From assembly GCA_030141605.1 (NCBI GenBank), contig JAQGDQ010000002.1:1178001-1242000 (forward strand): DNA of 64,000 nt, read 5' to 3'. A program made the position numbers and the translations under genes. This document shows positions 28,480 to 42,130 of the stretch, in pieces. Positions within the stretch are counted from its first letter, which is position 1. Every line of letters begins with the position of its first letter. This stretch comes from Tubiluchus corallicola (taxonomy: Eukaryota; Animalia; Priapulida). The notes beneath the pieces are model-generated. The model was not told where the DNA came from and did no database searches. It saw only the letters and a list, made by a program, of their open reading frames with translations.

Positions 28480-29165
28480 AACAGTGAAGACAACTAAATT
28501 GGTTTTGTGCAGACTACCGAATTAAATTCAATACATTGGTTCTTGTCTACAAAGGATTACACATCATGACATCTGAATACTTTTTGTATTTACAAAGAGA
28601 AGAGGGAGCAGGCACATTGACACAAAAGATGAATTGCATGTGCCTTTTGCGAAAAAGACCTGTATAAACATTCTTTCTAGGTACATGGAGCAAAACAATT
28701 TAATCAGCATCTTCAAACTATTCGAGAGCTTCAACTCTCGTAAGCTTAAAAAGGGTGTTTCAAATATTATTTTGAAGAATTTTTCTCCAAATTCACAAAT
28801 TAATCTAACTATTTTAATATAGGATGTGTATATACTTTTAGGCTTACAATGATATTGCAATTTTCATGCTTGTATAATTAGAGATTTAGTTATATTATAT
28901 ATATAATATAGTATATTATTTTCTCTTTTAATCAATTTTTATAGGTTTTATCAACTGAAATTTATACCTCAGACTTTTTAGTTACTGGATAATTTGTAAC
29001 TGCAAGTAAAATTTGTGTAGTTTCAAGTTGTATTTCATATTTTGGACTTTTTCTGTTTATTTATATTTTGTATTGTGTCAGTACACTCGACGTAAAGGAG
29101 TGGCTCATGCTAGCTTCCGATTTCAAATAAAGATTTTATCATTTCTTATCTATCTTATCTTATTC
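28480..29165 (+). mobile_element. 3' end of a decayed CR1/L2-group LINE
   Basis: Degenerate ORF2 C-terminus, an AT-rich 3'UTR, AATAAA at ~29126 and a (TATCT)n tail at 29145-29165. Confidence 0.5.
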
Positions 29166-32059
29166 CTCTCACATTTTTTGTACACTACAACGTTAACTAA
29201 TAGCATGTCTAAGCTGCCAACTAATTGACAGTTTTTTATTTTTCCCACTACGAGGCCTCAAGCACACAAGTTAACTTTTATGTGTGCTGCTTCAGTAAAA
29301 GCTTGGTTAATAATTTATAATGGCACGTATTGTTCTCTAGAGTTACGGAGAAGTTGGCGCAACGCATTTTGACGAGCTCTTTCTCCCCCTTAATGCACAG
29401 GAAGAAGAAACGCAAAACTTGCTTTGTTTTACCCAGCCGCGTGTTTCAAGCGCAGTTTTAAAATATAGAGCGAAACGGCGTCACCAGTACAGATCATTGT
29501 CTTCTTCCTGTGAATTACTGAAAATTAAAATGTGACTTAACACTTCCACTTTGTGTTTTATGCAAGGAGACAATGTCCTAAGGTGATTTTTAGAGGTAAC
29601 TTACATTAATTTTACTGAGATGCTTCTAAGTTCTTTTAACAGATTCCTAATCTGTTAATTGCCTAACTTCGTAAAATCAGTTCCTGATTCAGACTACGGA
29701 AAGAGCAAATCTTTTACAGAGGCTTTTAGCTTGAGTTATTTTGTATCACGAAATGAGTCCGATATTTGGAAGCTGGGTGATGCGCACATATTCACATGTG
29801 ACATGAACGGAACGAGAATGCATCACACTCTCTTGCTATAACAGTTATATGATAGATGCTACACCACTGGAATGTTAATTGGTGTAGACATAATCATTAT
29901 GTTTGATCAGAGATCATTCTCTAGAGATGAAGCTCAAATTGGAGCCATGTTAAATGGCGCAATAGAACCTTTAATAATGTGGCATTTCTCTTTGGCGGTA
30001 CTTCATTAAAGTCGCATCAAAGTGCCTCTTATCTAATTACTAATCCAATCTCTTTGAGTTTAATCCTTTACAGAAGTTTTTTAAGAAAAGAAAACGAAAA
30101 TAGGAAAATCCGCCTTGGATCTGTCAATTTTCCGCTCAAGTGAATTGATCGTGAAAGTGATTGGATAAGAGTAATTTTGTTTTATATTATATAATATGCT
30201 GATTACACAGGAATGACTTTATTTTACACAATCTTAACTTAATAGTATGTCAAGTTTGTAGATATAAGGGTTGTCAGGAAATGGTTACCATTCCTGTATA
30301 CTAAAACCTCGAGAAAAATAATTAAGTTTTCGTAAAAACCACTTGTCTAAATGATAGCAGTGCCAGCATTCGTAGCTCTGCGGACAGGTGTACCTCTGTG
30401 CGATTCATAGTGGTTTCTCACTGGGCATGGTATCATTACAAATTTCTTAAATAATTTTATTGATTCTTGATTTGTGACAAGAAGAAGTGAAACGAGTTTA
30501 AAAAGAACAGATTACACAGGAAATAATTATTATAATGATTAAAATATAAAAATATTCTTACGTCTAGGCGTACATGTGGCAGGTTTTAACTACAGCGGGT
30601 TTGTGTTTCCCTGTATAATCTAGTATATGATAAAAATAATTTCTGCGCAGTAATGACCAATTTAATTGCACGTTTGCATGAATGTTAATAATTGACTGAT
30701 AAGTGTCAGTTGACAGTTTCCATAGAAACATTTACTTTTATTAACTAATATCATCATTGCAAATTGTCGTTCATGGTGTTTACTCTAGTGACTCCTCATG
30801 GCTATTATGACCATCCTTTTTAGCAATGATAACCCCTTCATCAATAATGAGCTAATTAATATATGTTTTTACTGCTGTTCAACTCTCCACTATCTATCTA
30901 TCTATGTAAATAAAGTAACATCATAGATTAAAACGTAGTGCATGAATAAAACACGAAAATGCTATAGTGAGCTTCCTCCGAGTATACTAATACTGTTCCG
31001 GATTGCCAAGTGGTATTGTTGCAAAACAGCTCTGCAAAGGCATACAGTTTGTAATTCTGAGTTTCAATGAACTAGAAAATGTCTTTTCGTTTCTCGACCC
31101 TAGTTGTATGCGCTTGTTACGTGGACATAAATGAAATGGTGCAGTGAAACCATGTTTATTTAATTTTTGAAATGGAAATTTGATCGAAGTCGCGGCAAAG
31201 AGGCACATTGGACTGACTCTGGTAGAATAATCGGCCAACTCCAACTACGCTGCTTGGGCAAAGAGAGGCTTTTTAAAACTCAAGATAGACAAATTTCAGG
31301 TGTCTGTTGCTAGACTATTGTTAGTCAGGTTGGCGCTATTGCATTTTGAGGAAAAAGTCATTTAGATGGAATTTGAAGATGGTTATTGTGATATATTGTA
31401 CCACAGTTGTGGAAACGCTTTGTTCTCTATATAGTGAATGCGCCTGAGTTTTAGTTTCGAATTAACCGATTACAACTGCAAAATAATCTTATTTCCAGTA
31501 AAACATCGTCGGAATGGAAATTATGAAGTCAGTAATGTTATAAGTTATTCATTGTAGACTAAGCCATCTTTCCAATCCTCTAGCTATTGCTTTGGTCTCG
31601 GCTGAGTGACTATATGGTTAGAATACGTTAAGACTCACAATAGATGAAGCCACGTTTCTTCAAGATTCTCTCTTGTCAATCTTTCCGCCACGTTGCGTAA
31701 TTTAATGTGACAGATTTCAGAGTGATGTTGGGATGCAGGGAAAGGTCTGTCTAAATTGCTCGATGCACCAAAAGAAGAACGTACGTGTACGAATTGACCT
31801 TTAATGATGTAAAATGGAGCTACTTTGTAAGCGGAAACGGTCAAGCGTATGCAAAATTGTAAATTTGGTGTTTAAAAACTTTGCTAATATTTGACCAAGA
31901 CTATCTGACCACATTGAAAATATAAATACAAGTACTTGCATATACCCTGATAGCACTTATACGATAAGCTTCTTTATTAGTGGTACTATACTGAGCGTGA
32001 AATAAAAGATACGTGCAAATCATGCAATCGAAATGAAGGATAAAATATTGCCTGAAGTG

Positions 32060-32510
32060 GTAATAGACACCATAAAAAATAGCTGAACCACTGCGATATA
32101 TGTTTAATTCATCATTTCAGTTATCGTTTATCATTATCATTTAGGTCATATATTAACAGGAGAGATTCCTTTAAAACTGAAAATCTCTTGTTTCGTTATC
32201 GAGTTGTATAAAGTCATCTGTGTAAAACAGATGACCAAACTTCTCTAAACAATTACAGAGCAGTGCCATCTAATATATCGTCCGTCTCCAAAAATTAGAA
32301 AGAATTTTATATAATCCGCTGTTCAATTATGTAATAGAAAATGAAATTCTGAGTAACAAGCAGTTCGGTTTGAGAAAAGGCAGCTCTAGAAATGACGTTA
32401 ATACAATTAATAGAAAATATCACTAACATGGCTGAAAAAAACATCATATGATCTTATGGAGTATTCTGAGATCTGTAATGAAATCCTATTGAAAAGTTAT
32501 ATCATTATGG
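32060..32510 (+). mobile_element. LINE RT N-terminal fragment
   Basis: 'NNYRAV...SVSK.LERILYN...NEILSNKQFGLRKGSS' motifs with frameshifts. Confidence 0.7.
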
Positions 32511-34004
32511 AAACAGCGTTTTGCCTTACGAATTACCCTTAAATTATATAAAAGAAGCACAATTACGCTTACACACTTTCGAGAATGTATTATACTAATG
32601 TTGGGATATGTCTTTAATTTAAATGCAAGGGTATACATGTTCAAGATCAACAACAATTTTTTTCTTGAGTAGCAAATTTTGCACTTTTTAAATAATTTCT
32701 TTTCGTTCTTGTAACTCAGTGGTAAGCGTGCTTGTTTTTTTCGGGCGTACCAGACAATGCAAAAATGGAATTTCTGGAGGATCTCTTGGAAAATTCTGCG
32801 AGGGCCTCTGTCAAAAAGACGATCCCGTGAAAGCGTTTTAAAAGTAAAATAATGCCTCTGACACTCCACAGTGCAAAAATTCAAGCTACACCTAATGGAC
32901 CACCTGACACAGCTTCGGTTTCTGTACTTAAAATGAAGTTGCAACTTTTGTGAAAAAACGACAAAAATGCTTTGAAAATTTTTTTACTTTATAGGTGTTT
33001 ACTTCCCGTTTTTGCAGTCGACATGTGTCGAAAATTTAAGACAAAATCAAAGTACATACTGGTTGACAATGTTTCTGACCTAGTCAGAAACTGAAGATTT
33101 TGCAAACAATAGTTGTAAAATTCAGCCGTAAAAATGAAGAGACGACAGCCTTTTTTGAAAGTGCTTCTTTTCTTTTATTGAATTCACCTTGCTTGAGTGC
33201 ATAGGAAGTGCATTTCACAATGAAATCTTAGCATTTAACTGTTCAGCCAGTAAACCACGGGTCAACGGTCAACCAATCTCGGCAAAGCTTATATCATTTA
33301 GTTTGTCTCATTCAGACCTTTCATTTGGTGTACTACAAGCTCGTTTCGGATGAAACTGGAAGGCATTTGTCTCCTCGCAAGGATTACGAGTTATTAAACG
33401 TTAGAGTAGCGGAGCATAAGGAACTTAAAAAGTCTTAACAACAATTCAGCTACATAGGCTGTAAGTTTGTAGATATATCGAAATACGTTTACTCGCGAAA
33501 TACGTTTGCTGTTATTACTCAAGAAATGCATCTACTTACATATTGCCAAGTTCCTCAAGTAAGGTGGTAGGCTGGCAGCTGTGCGCCAAATCAAACACTG
33601 TTCTCATCAATCATCATTTCCAGGTATTAATCGTGCAACTCGGCACATGTTTTCCCTTTTTTCTACAAATTCGTTTCCGTCAGCTAGGTGATTGGCGTTG
33701 GGGAAAGCGGTGACTATCGGCAATAATGAACAAAACTATATATAAACGACTCTACGTTTATACTGCATTTAACTGCGTTCGCAAGAATTCAAGCGTTCGC
33801 ATTTACTAGTCTTTGTTTCTTTTTATTATGTTGTTTATTTGCTCATAAGATTTCTGGTAAACGTTATGGAAACGGCCCAAAATAGAGTGTGAGAAATTTC
33901 TGCCACGCGATACGCCTAAAATTTGGTAAGAGAAGGTTAATAACGGCGATTTGTTTTTGCCTTGACGACGACGACGATGATGGAAATCATTACAAGATGC
34001 CTAC

Positions 34005-34272
34005 ACGCTCCTCTCCTTCCAACATCTTTCTTTCTCTTCCCTTCCCCACCACTTGCTAAGCCTATAATCTCCTCTCCTCTCCCTTCCCCCAGGCTCCTCT
34101 TCCATTTCCCTCTCATCAGCTGCCCCCTTCCATTCCTGTCTCCTCTCTGCCCTTTCTTCTTCTCTTCTCTTCTATTATCTTCTCTTCTCTCCTCTCTTCT
34201 CCTCTTCTGTTCTGTCTTTTCGTCTTTTATCTCTTTTCCTTTCCTTTCTCGCGGGTCTTACTTCTTTTTCTT
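34005..34272. repeat. Low-complexity polypyrimidine (CT-rich) tract
   Basis: Seen directly in the sequence. Confidence 0.85.
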
Positions 34273-35461
34273 ATATGTCCGCTGGTCAAAACGCTACAGC
34301 AGATATTTTCGTTTGCACCAGTAAATAATCATTAATTCTCTGATGAAAGTGAGGAGATAAACTTATTTTCAAATTGGATCAGTTGTCTATAGATTGGTTT
34401 ATAGGTGCTGCTCGTGCGTATTTATTGTTTGTTGCTATAGAAGTTGCAATACGATCAGGGAATAATGATTAGATCTGTTTCTAATGCAAAACAGTCACAG
34501 AGTTCGACGTTCATACAAAGAAAAGTCTTATAGTCAGATTTACTGATGGCTGTTCGACGACTTACTGTGCAAAAATAGCTTATCAAATGCCATGCTGCTA
34601 CCTATACAGTGAACAACGAATGTGTGTTTGCGTTACAACCAAAGTAAATTTCATAACATATAGAAGCCTCAAAAGTATTGCAACAAATGTCAAAATTCAC
34701 CGTTTATTAGTTCACTGCGTATACAAATTATACGTATATATAACACATAGGTGTCCCTGGTAAGTTGGACTACTTTCGAGTAGAATTGCCAAGATGGAGT
34801 GAATCTTGATAATGAGCTCTTGCATGTAGGTCTGTGGTTCATTGGTAGAGAGGTAGAACATTCAAATTTTAATTTCTCTTTACCCGTAGATCGACAGGGC
34901 GAAGCCCATATGTAGACTTTTTGCCCAAAATTGCATGGTGCCAGACTGGCTCACAATTTTTCAACGTTGGCTTTCTCCAGTTAGGTTAATTAGCCGTCTA
35001 GTAATACGATTAGGGAAAACTGATCAGATCTGTTGTGATTTAGTATAGAAGTCATTGTCATTAAGCCCGACATTTTTTCAGGTGGGCTCCGTTGAAGAGA
35101 TATATTTTTATGGTCTCATTTTCCAGCTTGACAAACAAACACTCCTCCTATTGTTTTACTGTTTCGTTTACTGACGTTGCTCGCCGATAATGTTTTCGAC
35201 TAATATATATGAAACATAAACATTTATTAATACCAGTTTCTAAATTAAATAACTCGGCGAATAATTCGATTTTTCAGATTTTCGGGTGACAATGATGATT
35301 ACAGCCACAGTCAGTAGTCATCAGTACAAAAAACGTTGACTGGGAATTTAGCACGTTAATGCGATTCGTAGTGTGACCTTGAAGGAGAATAAACGTTGTG
35401 AGAGGCGTCAGTTTGGGGTACGTATAACAAAGATTAGCGGTGCAGAAAACGTCATCTGTTT

Positions 35462-35532
35462 TGTCGCCAGTGAGGATTGAACTCACGATCCCTGCTTTAC
35501 AAGAGCAGCTCTGGCCACTGAACTATGGAGGC
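35462..35532 (-). pseudogene. tRNA-Thr(UGU)-derived sequence (pseudo-tRNA or head of a tRNA-derived SINE)
   Basis: Reverse complement GCCTCCATAGTTCAGTGGCCAGAGCTGCTCTTGTAAAGCAGGGATCGTGAGTTCAATCCTCACTGGCGACA. It has an A box, the anticodon arm CTGCT-CTTGTAA-AGCAG (anticodon TGT) and the T arm GTGAG-TTCAATC-CTCAC. Two acceptor-stem mismatches and a ~2-nt deletion between the D and anticodon arms argue against a functional tRNA. Confidence 0.8.
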
Positions 35533-38347
35533 TAATGTAGTTGCAATTGGTTTATCTCTATTTATGTGCGATAACTCTTAGTAATCTCTGAACCAATACA
35601 CACATTCGCAAGCTTATTTTAAACCACGAAAATATCAAATCACGGTCAACGGAGATTTGTTCGTTTAATACTGTTTTTTCGTAGTTGATTGCAAGTTGTT
35701 AGCTTTAGATTGCAAACCATCTTTTATATTAATTAAGCCATCATATTATCGAAGTACAGACGAAAATTCACCTTTGTGGATTAACTCCTACTTTATTTTT
35801 GTGCTGAGTGATCAAATACATTATTATTTTGCGAAAACTCAGAAAAAGACAAGTTAAGCGTTTTATATGCTTTTACTTACACTCTCAAGTGCAAACAAAA
35901 TGCATTTCACCTAAATGGCATTAATTTCACGGAGATTTGAGTTTACGTCAAAAGAAGCTTTTAGTAATGGTGAAGCTACAAAGCATGGTCTGTATAGTAT
36001 AAAGTCCTCACAGTTTTATTCATTTGCAGCAATTCTTAAATAACACGGGGTTTTAATAAACTATACTTTTATTATTTATGAAAACAATCGTGATAACCGC
36101 ACGTGATTGTTGTGAAATGAAACCGAACTTACTGAAGTCAGTTTCAGAATTTAGGGTAACTAAGACAATGTATACGTAATCAATTCATCTTGACAGTTGA
36201 CCTTATTGATATCTGTTTAATACTAATTGCTGAAATTACTTTTGTTTTACTCTGTGTATAAAATTGGAGATGTTGATGACGATGATGGCCATAACGATAA
36301 TGTTAAGTTTAATAACGGCGATAGTTAAATATAATGACGCACGACGGCACGAGACAAAAAGCATTAATGATGATATCAACAACACATTCATTAACAAAGC
36401 AGTGATTACAACAGTAAAATAAGTAACTTTTTTCAATTGATTTTACCTCATCTTTTACCAATAGGCTACACTTTATAGCTGTTATATTCACGAGTGGTTG
36501 ATATAGTGTGTTGTCGCGAGTTGTGATAGTTTTCTGGAACTTTTTTAATTTCAGCAGAACTGATTGAGAGACGCGCGCAGGTTCAACTTCAGACGAAATA
36601 TGCATTCCACCCTCGCCCACCCCAAAAAAGTACTACTGTGTGTTCAAATAATACAATTCCTAGATTACTTAATAATACAATAATTCGTCTAAAATGTATT
36701 TTGCCTGCTCTGCGTCAAAGATAAAGTTTTCAACATCATATGCAAGCAGCATGTAACTTACGCAAACTTAATTTAATGATTATAATTTATTATACACAAC
36801 ACTTATTTATACAGGAAACATTTGCCCATGTGTAATTAGTCACTCATATATTAAACCACTTTATAAAAAATGTAGAAGCAAAACGTTTACATCTTTTACC
36901 GAACATGCAGTGTGAAAATATTGTCTATCAGCATATTGTACTGCATATCATGGTTGTGTGAATGATTTGCATTATAGAAGTCTAACAGAATAAAAAAGAA
37001 GCAGATTGTGCGATAAGACGTGAAATAGAGAAATTAGTCTTTTCAATATTGTCTTCCTAATTTGCTTTGTTTCGCAAATTGAAGAATGATGAAGTTTGTG
37101 TCAGGTCAACACGCATGTAGCTTTCGTAGCTTTTGTAAAAAAGGCAAAAATACTGCACCGATATAAACATGAATAACGTAAAATGTTACGCACAAAAAAG
37201 TGTATTGTGTGTAGGCTTAAACCTAACAGCTATAAGAAATTAAATAATGATTGTTTGTCGAAGTCTTGTATTTTGCGTGATTTTATATTAAATTTAAATT
37301 TGAAAATTAGACATTTTTGACTATTTGAACGTTTGGCAAATTTTAGTTATTGCGATGCCTAAAATGTTTTATGATTGGTGTTTTAAACGTCTCGCAGCAA
37401 TAATTTTTCAACTCTTTAATAATAACACTGATAAATCTTCTGAGTTTTTAGTAAGCGTTGCTTAATGGCTTCGCGAAAAGGCTGCGTTATTATGACTTAT
37501 TGACTGTGTTGGCTTCGTTAAAGTTAATCACAAAAATTTAATGCGTGTTTATAATTAGTCCTATATGGTTGCCGACACAGCAAAATACATGTGTTTGTTT
37601 GTTTTGAGAGAATTCATTTGTTTCTCTGCCTGTTTTTTCTTTTTGATATTTTGACTGACTATTCACTTGCTGATCTTTCTGTTCCTTTCACTTTTATCTG
37701 TTTCCTTCTACTGGCGAGTTTTCAAGTTGATTTACGAATATTTTGTGCAGTGATGCGTTTGTCTTTCAGTATATAATGCAGTATTTTAAGCAACGGCGCT
37801 TTTTTCCTGATGCTTATAAGCGCCAAACGGTATCTTTTGCAAGAAATGCAGCAACGTTGCAACTAAGTATTGATGAGATACATTAAGGCATTGTTATAAC
37901 GAAGTAAACGCAAAAACCAAATCGATTGGGAATCCTAACAATGTTTTTCCTGAGGGCATGTCGAGAAAATGTGGCTCACACGTTAACTCAGAAACAAAAA
38001 CAAGTAATATCATGTATGCTTACATCTGGACTCTAACAATTTATATTGTTTTTTCTATGGAAACAATTACAATACGTGTATTTCCAGCGTAAGTAACGGA
38101 TCCCTCCTCTCTCACCCACCTCCTGAACCTTTTGCCTTGCGCTCATGCATTCTGCCACAAAAGATTTAAAACAAATTTTTACCTCGTAAAAAGTTGAGCT
38201 AGTCTAAAAACTCATACAAAATCAATAGATGCCATTATATTCCGCACAGTCTCGTATGTGCAAGAGTCCAGATTAGTCTACATTAGTAGCGTAAGAATTA
38301 TTTAAAATGCCGCAAAAACTTAAAAGTGACAGGTCGTACTTTTTTTA

Positions 38348-38800
38348 GGTAATCACCTTCTTCGCCACTTCGCATTTTGCCAGTGTGACATATCGCCAGA
38401 GAATTACATTGGCAGTGTGCCATTTCGCCTGTCTTTCGCTTTGCCAATTTATCATTTCGCCAGTAGTTATTGGGAATAATACAACATCTTAAATTCATTT
38501 AGATAGTAGTACCCTTCGCCAGTACATCATTTCGCCAGCTTATAATTTCTATCCAGTAGTTATTAGAAATAGTACCGTGCACATTTAAATATGCATTTCG
38601 CCTGTTGTTATTGGAAATAGTACAATAAGCGTTTAAATAGTAGTATATTTCGCTAGTGTATCGTTTCGCTAATTTCGCATATGTATCATTTCGCCAGTGA
38701 TAGACGACAAAGTGATAGACTAGTGAAATGATAGCTTGGCGAAATGATACACTGGCGAAGTGATGTACTGGCGAATTGTGCACTGGCAAAGTGACATACA
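38348..38800. mobile_element. Foldback-like non-autonomous element built of ~15-bp tandem units in inverted orientation
   Basis: Left and internal units catttcgccagt; right-end units actggcgaa(a/g/t)tg (38737-38792). Confidence 0.65.
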
Positions 38801-39160
38801 ATACGTACAATCTTTTTTATGTATTTCGCCATTACTCTATTGTTGATTTTGCTGTGAACAAAAATTTCGGTAAACAAACTCTATATACGAGTTGTGTAAT
38901 GTTACTAACATATCGCAGTATACAAGTAATACATGGTTTGAGAACAAAGAGATTTTTATGACCACGAGGGATTTGCTGTTGGTGACAATAACGAAGGGTC
39001 ATTTGCACTGTTGCCTGGAGAAAACTAGGCACTGTTTGTTTAATGGTCATGCTATGACAGTATTTTGACATATTTCAGAATTTGTTAAAAGCTGGTGGGC
39101 AATTCCACGGTTAGTAACGTTACATTTTAAGGATGTTCTCATGTTTTAAATAAGAATCGC

Positions 39161-39251
39161 TTCTTTATCTATTGATATTAAGTGTCACTCATGTTACAAT
39201 ACATCAGATGTATTGTTGCATGAGTGACACTTAATATCAATAGATAAAGAA
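39161..39251. repeat. 91-nt near-perfect palindrome (palindromic MITE-like)
   Basis: 33-bp perfect outer arms, a 2-nt mismatch, 10-bp inner arms and a 1-nt centre. Confidence 0.95.
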
Positions 39252-40534
39252 ATGATGATCAATCTAGTCTCGACCTACAAAAAAGGTCATAATAAATTAA
39301 TGAGCATCTTTGAATGAAAAATATCTGTCTATTTTGCTAATATAAATCCATGAAGTCACTACACTGCCTATATGAATTTGGTACTTCTGATTGGAATGCA
39401 TTATTTATTTGGAGCAGATAGCTTTTTTACGATTATTCATATTTCGTAATAGAGACTTTAGTGAAACATATTTCGCAGTGAAACTTCAACTGAGCAAGCT
39501 GTTGATTCTTGCAGTATTGGAACAAACTACATCATGCCATGATAAGTTCGACATAGCTTTAATCATCCAATATCAGGCAAAAGTAGGATCACATATACAA
39601 GAAATAGAAAGAAATAATCTATGGTATTTTTGTGATATCATAAAGCTGCTATTTTAATGTGAATTTATATATCTTTGTGGACTTTTGCGTGTGGAGACAG
39701 GAAGAAAACACTACATCAAATGGAATAAGCATAATGTAATGGTGTAATGCAGTAAATTTTAACATTCCCATGGCCTTCTTGACCTGAGTGCAGCTAACCA
39801 AATGCACTTGCTGGTATGAAAACTAGTTTCACACCAACGTGGCCCCAGATCTTGTTTTTAACTGTGAAGAGTCATGCTGAAAAGTCGTGCTGAAAATGGC
39901 GTAGTTTGTTGAAAATCCTCAAAATTAATGTAAGTTTTCCTATAGACAGGCTAGACTTGCTATGCGACCATCAGGACAATCGCACGAGAAGTTTATAGCA
40001 ATGGTCCCAAAACACAAGTCAATTTACCTTTCAGAATCAGAACTGACAGTACAATCTAACTGCAGACTACTAACTTAAAATACTAACTACTTGTGCACCT
40101 GAGGTTCTACCAAGGTTTTCAACTTCATGTGTCAAGCAATTTTTTCGATTTTTACGATAAAAATCAACCTCTGCTAGTAATTGGCAACAAAGCAGGCCGA
40201 TAGTTCTGACAGTTTTTGAGCTTAGACAGGTAGTGGATTCACCGCCAATACTTATTGTCGCAAAATTCCTATTAAAAAGAAGCAGTTCCTTAATTAGTCT
40301 GGCAAGAAAAATTTTTCGTTACATGAAAGCGTGGATGAACAATGTGCAGGGGCAGACAACGTCTATTAGAAAATTGCAATTAGTAAAATCAATGCAGAGG
40401 GGCTGAATGCAACGGGGAAAAACTGACCAGGATATATGCAATAAAAAGGAAAATAACAGAAACAGCGGAAAAGGGATAATAAAGAAATAGATGTAAGAAA
40501 GGTAACAGCAGATAAGGCAATAAAGGCAACATTA

Positions 40535-42130
40535 AAATATTATTATTAACATCATTTTATTTCAAACATCCTTTACACATTTCATTAAAAATATGTTATC
40601 AGTCGAAATTACTTATCAAGTGAAAAAGCAAAGAAAAGATATGATATAATACATGATTAGCAATAGAAATATTGCGATAATAAAAAGGTTTATGGACTTA
40701 ATTAATAAGCCAGCCCAGTTATACCAACAGAAACCAAATAATTCTTATAAAATATACAAGCAGTATGATCTTCTTACAAATTAATATGTAACAATGCAAT
40801 CTAATATTGATTGCAGCTGTGCTCCGTTTAAAAATTAAAATCAATACTTTTTAAACACTTGATGCAGTCTTTAACCATATTAACAATTGTTTGCATGTGG
40901 GTTTCCTGTCAAAGCCCTTCCTCACTGATCTCCTTGTAAAAATCTTATGTCAGTTTTCTACTGATAACTTCTACAATTCAATGTACAACATTTATGTCAT
41001 AAATTAAAGCCCATTGCTGATTTAACAGTAAACAGAACTTGCTTTGCCAAAAACTTAACATTCTCATTATTATTTTGTCTACAATTTACATAGTTTAATA
41101 AAACGCTTGACAAACTCTTAGTTAGGATGTATAATATTGGCAATATAAGGTAGCCCATAAGTGTGCGCTCGATATGGGATAAACCATAACTTTCGCGTGG
41201 TACTATTCTAGGAAATATCGATATCGATTATTTACAATTATCTAAACGCCATGCGTGGCTTCCATAGAAACCGTGACAATAAGTCATGAAAATTTTCGTT
41301 TTGGGTTTGTCTCCTAACAAAATCAAAATTTACATGCTGTTATTTGCACGATACATAAAAATTTGTTCTTTTACATAAAATATTGGTATCATCATGAAAG
41401 GTCAAAGTCAAAGTGTTTCCAAAATATGCGACCGTGTCACGCCCAGGTGAGAGGATACCGCAGAGCATTATACGTGAATACGAGGATACATTGTATGGGG
41501 TAAATCTAAAACGTTTACTTTTAATGTTATTATTTTTTATTCTGTATATTAACAAAATTTATGTATTACTCATTAGCGTATTTAAGGATACACTGAAGGT
41601 AATTCTCAAAAATACAGTTATTAATGAATGGAAAGAAGTATGTATCATCAGTTGTCAGTAGATGACAAGGTAAAATGTTGAGCCAACTTAAATTGCTTAT
41701 TACTTCGCGTTTAGACTCTTTCGGGTGAATCTGGGACAGGTTAGTTGTCAGTGCTAATACGGATATCTTCATATCTGTTTGTTTCTTTACTAGGGTACAA
41801 ATGTCTGGACACAGAGCTATTTTCCAAAAACTTCAAGAGATTTGTTGTATTTAGGGATTTGCCAGATGAAATATAGTAATACGCCTTGAATGTTGAAAAA
41901 TTCACTAGTGCTTGCTAAAACTGCACGGAAATTTATCAATAATCTGGTTATTTGGTCCCTCGAAAATGTCATCATAAAAAAACTGGAACGATCCATTGAA
42001 GTGCGCCAAGCTTCAGTCTCTAAGACAGTTTAGCCAATTTCTGACAAAGGCTGCTGTCTAGGCAGCTTATACAACGCATCATTTAAGTTGCAGTTCCCCG
42101 AGAAAATCTTCTAATTCTTCACATTATAAA
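40535..42130 (-). mobile_element. Decayed CR1/L2-group LINE RT region and 3' end
   Basis: Minus-strand 'TFHDDTNIL' (degenerate FADD, ~41376-41402), 'CGILSPG' (~41443-41463) and an (AAT)n-like tail near 40540. Confidence 0.65.

Noticed and set aside
35462-35532. Functional tRNA-Thr gene
   Set aside because: Two acceptor-stem mismatches and a deletion at the D/anticodon junction.
38348-38800. Repeat-spacer-like pattern suggestive of a CRISPR array
   Set aside because: The units are ~12-15 bp, degenerate, irregularly spaced and switch orientation. The context is eukaryotic with no cas genes, and a foldback-type element explains it better.
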